Shown piece by piece: positions 51,636 to 63,345 of a stretch of DNA of 64,000 bases. The position numbers were made by a program, and so were the translations under genes. The stretch lies in NCBI GenBank assembly GCA_964016885.1, contig OZ024743.1:251968001-252032000 (forward strand), read 5' to 3'. The stretch comes from Eledone cirrhosa. Lineage: Eukaryota. The notes beneath the pieces were generated by a model. It made no database searches. It worked only from the letters and a program-made list of their open reading frames with translations, and was not told the origin of the DNA. How positions within the stretch are numbered: position 1 is the stretch's first letter; every line of letters starts with the position of its first letter.

Positions 51636-53671
51636 TAGAATTGAGATGGAGGGTCTGTGGTTTTTCTCACATCTGGTTGGTCTTTGAATGTTACTTCTGT
51701 TTTATATGGAAAAAAGTGGCTGGAAATGCCAGGTTTTTAGAGAAGTCACTTAGTTGGTGAATAAGTATAATAAATTTCGTGCCAGTTTGCGTTACAAAGT
51801 TCTTCAAACAAAGGGGGGGGGGGGGGTAGGGGCGAAGGTTTTTTTTTTTTATATATGAGTGAAGTTTGGCTGGTTGATGTAGTCACGTGAATAAGCACAT
51901 CAGCTTTCGCGCTGGTTTGTGTTTGAATTTCTTTTTACTTTAAAAAAATGGCTCAAGAAGGCCTTTTTTTATAAATGTAATTTGATTGGTAGACTGTTGA
52001 TTCTTTGCGTCATTATATAGTTAGACATGAATCTGCTTCTCTACTTTCAAAATCGTAAATGATAAAGTAAAAAATCAAACTTTCCAGTTGTTGTCTTCCT
52101 GTTTCTTTTACAACTACAACGGTACGTGATGGGGCCCACCCACAGCCCTGGTGGACAGAATGGAGAAGGCGTTTCCCCGAGGACGGCAAGGGAGACGCGC
52201 TGGAAAAGCCACTCCAACTCGCGGGGCTCACACCTGCGGCTGGCTAGCTCAGCGCCTATGGTGGTGAGTAAGGAGGTAGCCCTGGGGCCGAGGACACCAG
52301 AAGTCTCCTCTGCCAGGGGTACGACTGCAAACCTGTATAAATGAAATTATAACTGTCACGTGAATAAGTACATTAAATTTCGCGCCCGTATTTAGGAATT
52401 TATTTTGTAGCCTTTTAGAGAATTTTGTGCCAACAAAAGATAATGGTCAAGAAAAATGGGATGGGGAAAATTGTTCTGGTTTAGTGAATATGGCTGCTGC
52501 GCTGGAGTGTAAGAATTCAGACTTTCTATTGAAATAAAGAAAGTAGAGATATGTATGTTTATTTGTGTGCTAGTGTGTGTGTGTGTGTGTGTAGGAAGAT
52601 GATTCTATCAGTAGAAATGGGGGAGGGTGTTGTGTGTGTGTGTGGAAGTATGGTTAGCATGTTAAGATGGAGAGAATATATATATTTTGTGTGTGGGAGT
52701 ATGGTTAGCATGTTAAGATGGAGAGAATATATATATAATTTTTTTGTGTGTGTGTAGGAAAATGATTCCGTTAGTAGAAATGTGTGTGTGTGTATGTATG
52801 TGTCTGTTTGGATGGTTAGCATATTATGGTGTTAATGCTGGTCTATATTTTTGAATAAACATATTTTCCTTATTTATTCGTATTTGTTCTGTTGTATTGT
52901 CATCACAAAGATAAAATGGGAAGGCTTGGAATTTGGGTGTCTTATTACTTGCGCATATGTCTAGATGTGCATTTAGTGGTATCTGTCTCGTGGTTGGATC
53001 TCGTAATTGTTGGCGATGAACTGTCATTCTGTTTCTGAGTGTGAGTTTAGTTTGTCCTATATAATCTTCATTGCATCCTTTACATTTAATGGCATAAAGT
53101 AGATTTTTTGATGAGCAAGTGAAGTGATTTTTTACAGCAACATTTTGTCCTGATTGAAATGTATACGCGTTGCCTTCAATGAGGTGAGTGCAGGTTCCAC
53201 AATTAGAGCGACCACATTTTTTGACAGTTGGTTGTGGGTTTGTGGTAGGTAATTTGGCATTGGTGAGTAATGTTTTTATAATTTCGGTTGTCTTTTGCTT
53301 TTGATTATGTTGTGTGTTTCAAGGGCTTTTTTTCATTCTTGGGTCTTGTTTGGGATGTTCTTGTGAATAGTGTTGTAAGCTTCCGCATTTCTTGGGTTGT
53401 GTGTTGAGATATATGATACAATATTGGACGTACCTTGAATTTGTTTCTGTTTTCGTAATTCATCAATGCCTATTGCTTTAGCGCTTTCTATTCCATTATT
53501 TATTTGTAATGGTGGGTACTGTCTTTCGAGTAGAATTTCCTTTAATTCTTGAAGTCTTTTATTTAGCGTTTCATAATTGGAGACAATTGTGTAAATTCTT
53601 CTTGCTAAGTTAAAAGGAATGTTCGTCTTCGTGTGCTTTGGATGGTTGGAAGTGAATAACAGGTATTGTTT

Positions 53672-54104
53672 ACTTGTACTTGTACTTGTGTCGACATTCC
53701 CCTGGACGGGTTGAGCCGGCTTCTTCCCTTGTCCCGGTGGCCTCCCGAACCATGACAGCCCACGCACGACGGTCCCGGACTAGGTCACTGGAGATAGCGA
53801 GCCAGTGACGGTTCCATCGGCGCAGGCCGACCACCTGCGGACCTGAGACTTCGGAGAGATCCTCCGTGATCGTCGTTGCCCAGGTCTTCAGCTGCCCGCC
53901 AACGTCCTTGTGCCAGTTAGGGAGTGGAGGTGGGAGGAGAACATCGCGGATCAGCTCACAACATTGCGGATCAGCTCATACATCGCGAATCAGCTCACAC
54001 ATCGCGGATCAGCTCAATTCTATATATATGAGACGAAGCAGCTTCACTGGAATGCCGCCCGTCTGCATTATACACCATAGGGCTAATACAATCGTACAAA
54101 TACG
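53672..54104 (-). mobile_element. RTE-1/SR2-like LINE fragment inserted into the PLE with 14-bp TSD
   Basis: TSD AACAGGTATTGTTT at 53658-53671 and 54105-54118, (CAAGTA)n tail and GGQLKTW...GPQVVGLRRW...DRRAW. Confidence 0.85.
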
Positions 54105-55694
54105 AACAGGTATTGTTTGGAATCTGTTGGAATCAGTTTCAATGTTTGTGTTTTTTTTAAAGATTAAGATGTCCAGAAATGGTAGTTGATCTTGGCTGTA
54201 TTCCATTGTGAATTGGATGTGGTTATAGAAGCCGTTAATTAAATTTTTGAAATCATTTAGTTGGTCGAGTGTGTGAGACCAAAGAATGAGACAATCATCC
54301 AAGTAGCGTTTCCAATTCTCTGATAAATATTTGTGGAAGTTCAATCCGTATTTTGATTTGGTCTGTTCATATATCCGGACTTCCAAGTATGCTATGACTA
54401 AGTTGGCATAAGTTGGAGCGGCTTTTGTACCCATTGCAGTCCCCGATATTTGCTTGTAAGTACTGCGATCGAAATCAAAAATTTGTTCTGTAAAATAAAT
54501 TTTAATCCCACGGTGATGAAGCTTTTTTTTATTCTGTCAGGTATCTCATTGGGATATTTCTCTAGCCAGAATCCTATTGCTTCTGGTCCGTATTGGTGTG
54601 GGATCGTTGTGTAGAGATTCACTACATCGAAAGACACAATAATAGTGTCGTTGTTGACGTTTGGGCAGGTGGTTTAAGAGGTCCAGATCGTCTCTTACAA
54701 GGCTTGGTATGTGTTTGATAATTGGTTTTAGTAGTATATCTATAAAGTTGCTTAGTCTGTGTGTTTCACATTGTGGGCCCGCTACAATTGGTATTAATTT
54801 AAGGTCTGTGGGGTATTGTGTGTTCACGCAGGTTGAGGTGGATTGTTTACAGGCATCGTTAATTATTTTACACTTGTGGATCTTCGGAAGTCCGTAAAGG
54901 TTGCTGGTTTTGTATTCAAAATATGTTAAATAATCGCGTTTCTTTTTAATTAAGTCTTCCTGGTATCGACAAAGGAATGTGTTTAATCTGGTCATCGTTT
55001 TTGTTTGCTGGCAGTTTTTTACTCTTTCATAGTAGTTAGTATTTTGTAAGAGAGAGAACATAGAATGTTTATATTGTTCAGCATCCATAATGACGACAGT
55101 ACTTCCCTTGTCCGCTTCCTTAATTATAATGTCCGTATTGCTTTTTAATCTCCCATTCCCTTCGACTCGTGTTGGGTTTGGGTTTAGGTTAAGGTAGTTC
55201 ATGGTATGGGAAAGTTGCTATGTGGTCACAACATTTGTCCAGAACTCTGTTTCGACCTTTTGTTGGGTTGTAGCTGCTTTTATTCCGTACAATTGATTGG
55301 TCATTGTTCTCCTTGTCAAAATATTCCTCTGTGAGACGTAATTTTCTACAGAAGTGTGAGATATCGTCATTTATCTCATTGAGGTTAGAGTATTGTGGTG
55401 TTGATGTGAATTTCAGTCCTTTGGAGAGAATTTTAATTTGTTGGGCTGAGAAGTTTGTATTTGAAAGGTTGATTATTTTCGGTTTTTCAAAATCGGTTTG
55501 TGCCACCGGGTGTCGTGGGTCTAAGAACTTTGTAACGTGAACTGGCGCGAAATTTATTATACTTATTCACCAACCAACCAAATTACTTCTCTAAACCCTG
55601 GCATTTAGAGCCACTTTTTTCCATATAAAACAGAAGTAACATTCAAAGACCAACCAGATGTGAGAAAAACAACAAACCCTCAATCTCAATTCTA

Positions 55695-55730
55695 CTTTTG
55701 AAAAGCAGAAGAACTGTGAAACCGGTAAAG
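55695..55730 (+). ncRNA. Hammerhead ribozyme, U3-A8 variant (inverted-repeat copy)
   Basis: CTT-TTGAAAA-GCAG-AAGAA-CTGT-GAAAC-CG-GTA-AAG, with G-U at the base of stem II. Confidence 0.75.
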
Positions 55731-57139
55731 GAACCAAATAAATATATATTATTTTTAAAAAGACTCCAGTTGCATATTCGATTTCATCTTTTTTCCTTAT
55801 AAATATATATATATATAAATATATATATATATAGATATATATATATATATAGGAATATCATCCATCATTATCATTGTTTAATATATGTTTCACTGCTAGC
55901 CAGTTGTTGGTGATAGAAACACATCAGAAACAAAGAGCTGGGGTGAATCTTCAGCTGTGCCATAGACATGTAGCTTCCCTAGTGTTGGTGATCTACACAA
56001 TATATGACCCCAGTGCCCTCTCTAATGTACTTGGTGATATGAAGGGTATCAGCCATAGGAAACCTGCTAAATAAATGCTCAGTAAAACTCTTCCACTGTG
56101 TCAAGGATGTGACAACTTCCCTAGTGTTGGCACCATGTTAAATTGCAACTGGTAGAGCATGGTATTTTATGTCTATCTCTGAGCTTCATTGGAACAATTG
56201 ATAAAATATAGGAATGTATGTAAGATCACCTCCAATTCACCTGGAGGTCAGTTGCTCCCCTTGAGTACTGACCAGTTAATGACAACGTATTCAACCCTTG
56301 GTAGCAGGGAAAATGGATGTTAAATGATGACAAAGATGATAATGATGCTGATGATGATAATGAACATAAGAATTGAAAAGGAATGTTTTGTTGGCAGTTT
56401 GAGAAATGAGGTGTGTGAATACAGACATTATATAATCACATAATTCCTTCCCTCTCCTGTGAACCGTTTCTGATTTCATCACTTATCTCGCAGACTATAG
56501 GGTTTCCTAATAAGTTTGGTGATCTGCAGTTGAGATGAAATAGTTGAGGAAGAAATAAGATCTTTCAATTAAGACATGATGATATTTCAACTGGATTTTG
56601 GCAGATAAGCTGATGAAACATCTGGCAAATATTAACTATGAGAGACCCTTTAGGTGCAGGCATGGTTGCAAGGTTTGTATCACAACTATGAAGTTACATA
56701 TATATTAGTATTGGTTTGGTTATTGTATAGGACTGCGTTTTGAGTACAGCGGGATTGGTTCTTTTAATTTATGTTTAGTGTGGCATGCATATAGTAGGTT
56801 AGGCTGAGTTTAAGTGTATGAAAAATATTTGCTTGAGTTCTAGGATTGCTTTGGTTTCGAGTCACATTGTGTTTATGATAGCTTAATTAAGAGTAATGAT
56901 TATAAATACACACACACCCACATACACATATATAATATTTTTTTCCTTCTCTAATTCTTGTCTAAACTATTTTTTCTTTTATCTCTCATTCTAACTTCCA
57001 ATGAAGGACTAACATCTAAAATATTGTGATTTTTTTTTGTCAAGTGTTAAAGTAATGTATTGAATCATATTGTTTTCTCTTTACTTTTCACTTAGACACA
57101 CACACACATACACACACAGACACAGACACACGCACACAT

Positions 57140-57578
57140 CTGTAGGCCATGGGAGGAGGACATTGATAAGGAATCATTAAGAAAGCTTGTGATGCAGTCC
57201 GAAAAAGGGTTGAGGAAGTCATTGCCAAAAGAGGAGCGACTATTGATGCCTAACAGGTAGAATTTCGGCCAGGATTGTATCTGGCACTTTGGAATAAAAC
57301 TTTAAGCTTCCATTCAAATTTATTCCATTCATTTATGAGCTCCCAATCCTGAGCTATGGTTAATTATTTATGAAAATGTCATTTTCGTCCATGATCAATT
57401 TCATAACAAATTCTTCTGGTTAGCTTGGAGGGTAACCAACATTTTTGCTTGCTCAAAGTAAAGTCCAATTGTTGTAGAAAGTCCCCTGACAATTCCATTA
57501 AGTTATCTTTAAGCATTCCAGGGATATGTAGGTTCAAATTTGAATCTAAAATTTGGACAATTTTACTGGTACACCCAG

Positions 57579-57580
<2 letters not shown>
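57140..57580 (+). mobile_element. Tc1/mariner-superfamily 3' end with TIR
   Basis: KACDAVRKRVEEVIAKRGATIDA* (Tc1-type C-terminus). The terminus ...GGACAATTTTACTGGTACACCCAG|TA ends at TA. Confidence 0.65.
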
Positions 57581-57644
<64 letters not shown>

Positions 57645-58576
57645 CATATGTATGTAAAAGGTAAACAGAAATAACAACACAACCGGTAAAGAATATGGAA
57701 GGGATATATTAGGTTAATGCTGAAAGTGCAATAGGGTTGAAACCAATCAAAATATTTGTGACAGTCCCAATGCCTGCAATGATGCAAGAAATGAATTAAT
57801 TTCTCCATAAGAGTGAACACATTAAGATGATTGATTGAAACACACATAAAACTACATGATCACATCCCTTTACCTTCTACAACAACCATCCAATGTCGCT
57901 AAAGTAGAGAAATTTTGATGAATTTACCACAAGATTGACATAAATTGCTTGTATCAAAAGCATTATTCTGGTACATCTAAAAAAATAAACCTAAAGCCCA
58001 TCAGGGGCATGCCTTTTTGGTTGGCAAGTTCAGTTAACAATTGTAAGTTCATAAGTTCCATTCCTGGCAGCGTGTTGTGCCTTTGAGCAAAAACGCTTTA
58101 TTTTGTGTTGTTCTGCACCACTCATCTATAAAAAAATGAGTTCTGCCAGTAATTCAAAAGTCCAATCTTGTCACACTGAATTTCCCCTTGAACTACATTA
58201 AGGGCACACGTTTTAATAGAAGGCTAAGCCACTCGCACATTAATTTCACTTGTAGGCTACTCCATTGATCAAAGAACTGTAACACTCATCATCATAACCA
58301 AGTTAGGCATATACATATACTTTCCTATCTATTTCTCCCCCCCCCCTCTCTCTCTGTATATATATATATACGCACATACTCACACAAAATACAGTATTTA
58401 TATTTGAAATAGTACATTATTGATTATTTTTCTATTTCCACAAAGATTTGTTTGATTTTTTTCAGACATAGTTTAGCATTAAAATATTAATTTTCTTTAA
58501 AAAATGTCTTGTACCTTTCTTCTTTTATTCATTTTTCTTCTTACTGATATTTTTTACACACACACATAGACACACA

Positions 58577-58631
<55 letters not shown>

Positions 58632-58746
58632 GTAGGTCCCGGGTTGAGTCGGGGATAACCACAGTAAGTAAGGTACTCAATACTGAATGAAAAAGTACTA
58701 GTCCTGTAGAAGCTCCTTCTATAAAATATATATATATATATATATA

Positions 58747-61700
58747 TCATCATCATCATCATCATCATCATCATTTTACGTCCGCTTTTCCCTGCTTGCA
58801 AGGGTGGGACGGGTCTTATTCAGCACAGCATCTCTCCACTCATCACGGTCCCTCGTCATCTCCACCGTGAGCTTCAATGATCTGAGGTCTGTTCTCACCA
58901 CCTCCGCCCATGTTTTTTGTGGTCTACCTCTACCACGTCTTCCCTCAACTGGCATTTCCTGGCACTTCTTCACCCATCGGTCATCCTCCATGCGCATCAC
59001 ATGTCCATACCACCTCAGTCTCCTCTCCCGTACACTACATTCTATCCCTCTCAGACACAGTTTCTCTCTCAACACATTTATGCTGGGTCGTTCACGCACA
59101 TTTACACTGCACATCCAACGGAGCATGCTTGCCTCATTTCTCTCCAGCCGTCGCATATCCTCTGCGGTTGCTGCCCATGTCTCACTACCATGCAGCATCG
59201 CGCTCCTCACACAGGCATCATACAACCGGCCTTTCGTACGCAGGGAGAAACCCTTCTTCGTCAACAGAGGAAGCAGCTCCCTAAACTTCTTCCAACCCGT
59301 CCTTATTCTAGATACTATGGCCTCAGAACACCCTCCTCCCATGCTAATCTGATCTCCTAGGTACCGGAAGCTATCCACCACTTCTATAGCGCCCTCTCGC
59401 ATTTGAAAAATGTGTCTATCAGTGCGACTTCTACTGTCTAATTTCCCTGTACATCTACTGCATACATATTTCTCCCTACCTGTTAGTTTGCCTGCTATCC
59501 CGCTACATCTCTTGTGTACCCAGGACCTGCATTGTGTGCATTTTATAGAATTTATGCCAGTTCCTTTTCTGCATATCGAACATGGCCATTTCCCTGACGG
59601 AATCAGGGTTTTGTCCTCTTTTCTACTCATCAACACTTTTGTCTTAGCTAGATTTACTCTCAGTCCTCTTGCTTCCAACTGCTGTTTCCATAGCCGGAAT
59701 TTATTCTCTAGCTCCTCTACTGATTCTGCCATAAGAGCCAGATCGACAGCATAGAGAAGTTTCCATGGACAGCCAGTCTTAAACTCCTCTGTTATGGCTT
59801 GGAGGACTATAATGAACAAGAGCGGGCTGAGGACCGAACCCTGATGTACTCCTACTTGTATCTGGAATTCCTCACTAAACTCCATTCCTACCCTGACTTT
59901 AATGAGAGTACCTCTGTACAAAGTTTGCACTGTCCTCACAAGCCATTCCTCAACACCCAGCTTCCTTAGGGACCACCAGATGACAGATCGGGATACCCTA
60001 TCAAAGGCCTTCTCTAGGTCAACAAAGGCTAAGTATAGTGGCTTATTCTTCTCTAAGAACCTCTCTTGCATTTGTCTCACCAAGAAGAGGGCATCTGTTG
60101 TACTCTTCCCAGGCACAAAACCAAACTGCATCTCATCTAATTTGACCCTTTCTCTAATTAGTTGTGCTAAAATCCTTTCTGCCACTTTCATAACCTGATC
60201 TATCAGCTTTATACCCCTATAATTGCTCCTCTCCAAAGCATCCCCTTTACCTTTGTAGCAATTTATGAGAATACTGCTGCACCAGTCTTTGGGTATGACA
60301 CCACCATATATAGCCTGATTGATGATGCGTGCAACCAGTTTAGTGCCTACGTCCCCTGATGCCTTCAGCATCTCAGCAACTATTCTCGATGGTCCGGCCG
60401 CCTTACCATTTTTCATTTCCCTAATCGCCTCTTGGACCCTATATTCGTCAATCTCAATAGCTGGTCCCTCTGTCGGATCTACCAAGGGTAATTTCTCTCT
60501 CTCCCATTCATTCTCCACATTCATCAGTCTCTCATAATGACATTTCCAGGCCTCCTTTTTCTGGTCATTCGTGACACTAAGTACACCGGCATCATCCCGG
60601 ACACATTTATCACCAACAACATCCTGATTTGCATTGACACACTGCCTTGCAATGTGGAACACCGCACGCCTCTGATCTTCCCGTCGCAGAACATTGGCAA
60701 ACTTCCTACTCTCTGCCTCCCTGCGTGCTAAGTACACCTGACGTCTAGCTTCTCTCTTAGTGGCTGTATATTCTTCCCTACTCCCACCCTTTTTCCAAGC
60801 CTTCCATGCTAGTCTTTTGTCTCTAATAGCCTTATCTACTGTGCTGTTCCACCACCAGGTCACTCTCTGTCTGGTTGGAGCTCTGCTCCAGCCACAGGTT
60901 TCATCAGTAGCCTGCAGCAAGTTGTCACGTAAGAACTTCCAGTTATTATCTATGTCATACGTCTCTAAATCGTCTTCTTTTTCGTCATATACATCTTGAA
61001 GGGCTTTCCTAAATTTGAATTTTAGTGAAAGGTCTTTAAGCTTCCAGACCTTTCTTCTCCACACCTTCCTATATGTCTCATTCCATCTCTTGCTTACTGA
61101 GATATCACTAACAACTAACCTATGCTGTGGGGTACATTCTTCCCCAGGGTTTGCCTTGGTATTAGACACTATCTGCCTGTCCCGCTGCCTAACTAGCAGG
61201 AAGTCAATCTGGCTTATGTGCTCACCAGATTTGTAGGTTATTAGGTGATTGGCAGGTTTCTGGAAGTTAGTGTTGCAAATAGTCAATGTACTTGCATCAC
61301 AAAATTCAAGAAGTCTCACTCCTTCTTCATTTCTTGAACCGTAACCGTGCCCACCATGTACCCCAGTGTAACCATCCTGGAGCTGTCCAACATGACCATT
61401 GAAGTCTCCTGCTAGCATAACGATGTCTCCGTCCTCTGTCATTGTGGTTGTTTGCAAGAGTTGCTCATAAAAGCAGTCTTTCTCATCTTTGCCTAGGCCT
61501 GCTTGGGGAGCATAGACCGAGATGATTGTCAGTAGTCTCCTACCTACAATTAATCTAAGCTTAATTATTCGATTACTAACTCGAACTACCTCTATTGTCT
61601 TATTGATCCATTTCTCAGCCAGGAAAATGCCTACTCCCCCTAACCCATCATCCTTACCTACCCAGAATAGCTTATAGCTAAGACGCTTGCCTACGACTAG

Positions 61701-62030
61701 TCTCGCAGAGGCACCTCTCCATCTCACCTCTTGCACGCAGCACACATCCACCTGCTTTCTCTCCAGCATCTCCGCTATTTCAGCAGATCTACCTCTGAGA
61801 GTGCCAACATTAAGTGTTGCAACTCTGAGATGCAACGTCTTCATATTTTTCTATGCTGTTTTGTTGCTGTGCTGATAAGCTTTTGGCATTGATACACTGG
61901 TTGGATGCCCTTCCTAACACCAGCGCCACTTTACAGCATGGACTGGGTGCTTTTATTTGTGCCACCAGCACTAGAGAGGATGTCTTACTAGACTCAAGGG
62001 CCCTCTCTACCCCTCCATTTTACAGCATGG
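58747..62030 (-). mobile_element. Near full-length RTE family B LINE
   Basis: 5' UTR module (61860-62030), single ORF and a (GAT)n tail next to (TA)n. Confidence 0.95.
58776..61844 (-). CDS. RTE ORF: APE endonuclease + reverse transcriptase with PHD-like insertion (1022 aa, RT motif YAVD)
   Basis: TLNVGTL, VQEVRW, SVYAPQ, GDFNGHVG, IDF, QHRLV (APE); NYRGIKL, QFGF, DLEKAFD, QGSVLSP, YAVD, FRYLG (RT). The frame is uninterrupted. Confidence 0.95.
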   Translation of the reverse strand: MKTLHLRVATLNVGTLRGRSAEIAEMLERKQVDVCCVQEVRWRGASARLVVGKRLSYKLFWVGKDDGLGGVGIFLAEKWINKTIEVVRVSNRIIKLRLIVGRRLLTIISVYAPQAGLGKDEKDCFYEQLLQTTTMTEDGDIVMLAGDFNGHVGQLQDGYTGVHGGHGYGSRNEEGVRLLEFCDASTLTICNTNFQKPANHLITYKSGEHISQIDFLLVRQRDRQIVSNTKANPGEECTPQHRLVVSDISVSKRWNETYRKVWRRKVWKLKDLSLKFKFRKALQDVYDEKEDDLETYDIDNNWKFLRDNLLQATDETCGWSRAPTRQRVTWWWNSTVDKAIRDKRLAWKAWKKGGSREEYTATKREARRQVYLARREAESRKFANVLRREDQRRAVFHIARQCVNANQDVVGDKCVRDDAGVLSVTNDQKKEAWKCHYERLMNVENEWEREKLPLVDPTEGPAIEIDEYRVQEAIREMKNGKAAGPSRIVAEMLKASGDVGTKLVARIINQAIYGGVIPKDWCSSILINCYKGKGDALERSNYRGIKLIDQVMKVAERILAQLIRERVKLDEMQFGFVPGKSTTDALFLVRQMQERFLEKNKPLYLAFVDLEKAFDRVSRSVIWWSLRKLGVEEWLVRTVQTLYRGTLIKVRVGMEFSEEFQIQVGVHQGSVLSPLLFIIVLQAITEEFKTGCPWKLLYAVDLALMAESVEELENKFRLWKQQLEARGLRVNLAKTKVLMSRKEDKTLIPSGKWPCSICRKGTGINSIKCTQCRSWVHKRCSGIAGKLTGREKYVCSRCTGKLDSRSRTDRHIFQMREGAIEVVDSFRYLGDQISMGGGCSEAIVSRIRTGWKKFRELLPLLTKKGFSLRTKGRLYDACVRSAMLHGSETWAATAEDMRRLERNEASMLRWMCSVNVRERPSINVLREKLCLRGIECSVRERRLRWYGHVMRMEDDRWVKKCQEMPVEGRRGRGRPQKTWAEVVRTDLRSLKLTVEMTRDRDEWRDAVLNKTRPTLASREKRT

Positions 62031-62344
62031 TCATTAAGAAAAAAAAAAAAAAAAAAATTATTGACACGACTCACACACCAATACTCATGCATACAAACCA
62101 CAACCACACATACCAACACTCATTCATGCATACAATCACACACACAACTCACAAACACATATATATATACATATATTACCGACAGTACTGATACAAAATC
62201 AAAATCAAAATCAAAATATATATATATTATAGTTGAAACAGAAAACAAAAAAACAACGAAGCGAAGAGGCAGTACAAAGTGTTAATATATGAGTGTATGT
62301 GTTTATATATATATAAAAATCAGTATATATATATATATATATAG

Positions 62345-62690
62345 TTAAAAGAATAGAGGTGTAACACACAAGTTATTATATATTGGTAAACGGAATAGAA
62401 AATGCTGACAAATTGTTCACAGTTGAAAAATGGTTTAATTAGGAATAAAAGAGTATTAGTGATTGTATGGGTTAGTATTCAGTTGTGGTTTTAAGTTTTT
62501 AAGTTTTTACCGGTTGCGCATTTCTAAATGCTTTTCAAAAATAATTTTGAGATAGAGTGTCCGTGCTGTTTGCTCTGATCTGATTAGTTTTGGGAATTCT
62601 ACCTGTTTTTATGTTAAAAAAGTGGCTCCAGCAAAAATTCTTGTGCTCAAAACAATTTTGATTGGTCGGTAGAGGTCATGTGAATAAAAA
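62345..62690 (-). mobile_element. PLE terminal-repeat fragment related to 51528-51900, with HHR variant at 62505-62541
   Basis: Shares AAAAAAGTGGCT and GTCAYGTGAATAA. Reverse complement: TTT-TTGAAAA-GCATTT-AG-AAATGC-GCAAC-CG-GTA-AAA. Confidence 0.65.
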
Positions 62691-63345
62691 ATTAGAAATA
62701 AGAGGGATCAGATGTTGTTTACTAGAGAGAAGGCTACGTTGGTATGGTCACGTGATGCGCATGAAGGACGATAGCTGTATAACAAAGTGCAGGGCAATAA
62801 AGATAGATGGTAGCCACGGAATAGGCAGACCCAGAAAAACCTGGGACGAGTTGATAAACTCCGACCTCACACACTTACACCTCACCAAGACAATGTCACT
62901 GGACCGAGACCTTTGGCGGTACTCAGTAATAGAGAAGACCCACCTTACCTAAATACAAAGTAAAACCTACTACAGTCAGTAGGCATCTCTAACAAAATAC
63001 ACCCCCGTCCCACCACCCCCACCCCATCCACACCGCCCCCTTCTATGTAAAGTTATGTTGGTGCCACACCATCCAGGCCGAAACAAATGAGATCGTGTAG
63101 GTGTCACGACAAAAAAACACACAGTCCACGCTGTAATGTGGCCGTGTAGGCAACACGGTAAAAACCTCCCAGACCCACACTGTAAATGTGGTTGGTGTTA
63201 GGAAGGGCATCCAACTGTAGAAAACCTGCCAGACAGTCCTATGCGAGCAAGACAATCATCTTGCCTCAAGTGGGAAAACCCCCGTCCAAACCCATGCAAG
63301 CGTGGAACACGGACGTTAAACGTTGATGATGATGATGATGATGAT
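62685..63345 (+). mobile_element. RTE family A 3' fragment
   Basis: Near-identical to 21655-22310. Confidence 0.95.

Larger units (their letters stand above)
51528..55801 (-). mobile_element. Neptune-like Penelope element flanked by ~275-bp inverted terminal repeats
   Basis: ADKG, YGLPKIHK, SFDVVNLYTTIP, MGTKAAPTYANL, WKRYLDD, HPKHTKTNIP, CGRSNCGTC linker and LYAIKC...YIGQT...R...H (GIY-YIG). 51528-51804 is the reverse complement of 55523-55801. Confidence 0.9.

Noticed and set aside
51528-55801. DNA transposon with long TIRs
   Set aside because: The interior encodes PLE RT and GIY-YIG and the repeats contain HHRs. This fits an inverted PLE terminal repeat.
58804-61236. Plus-strand ORFs overlapping the RTE
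   Set aside because: Antisense shadows of the RTE ORF with no recognisable domains.
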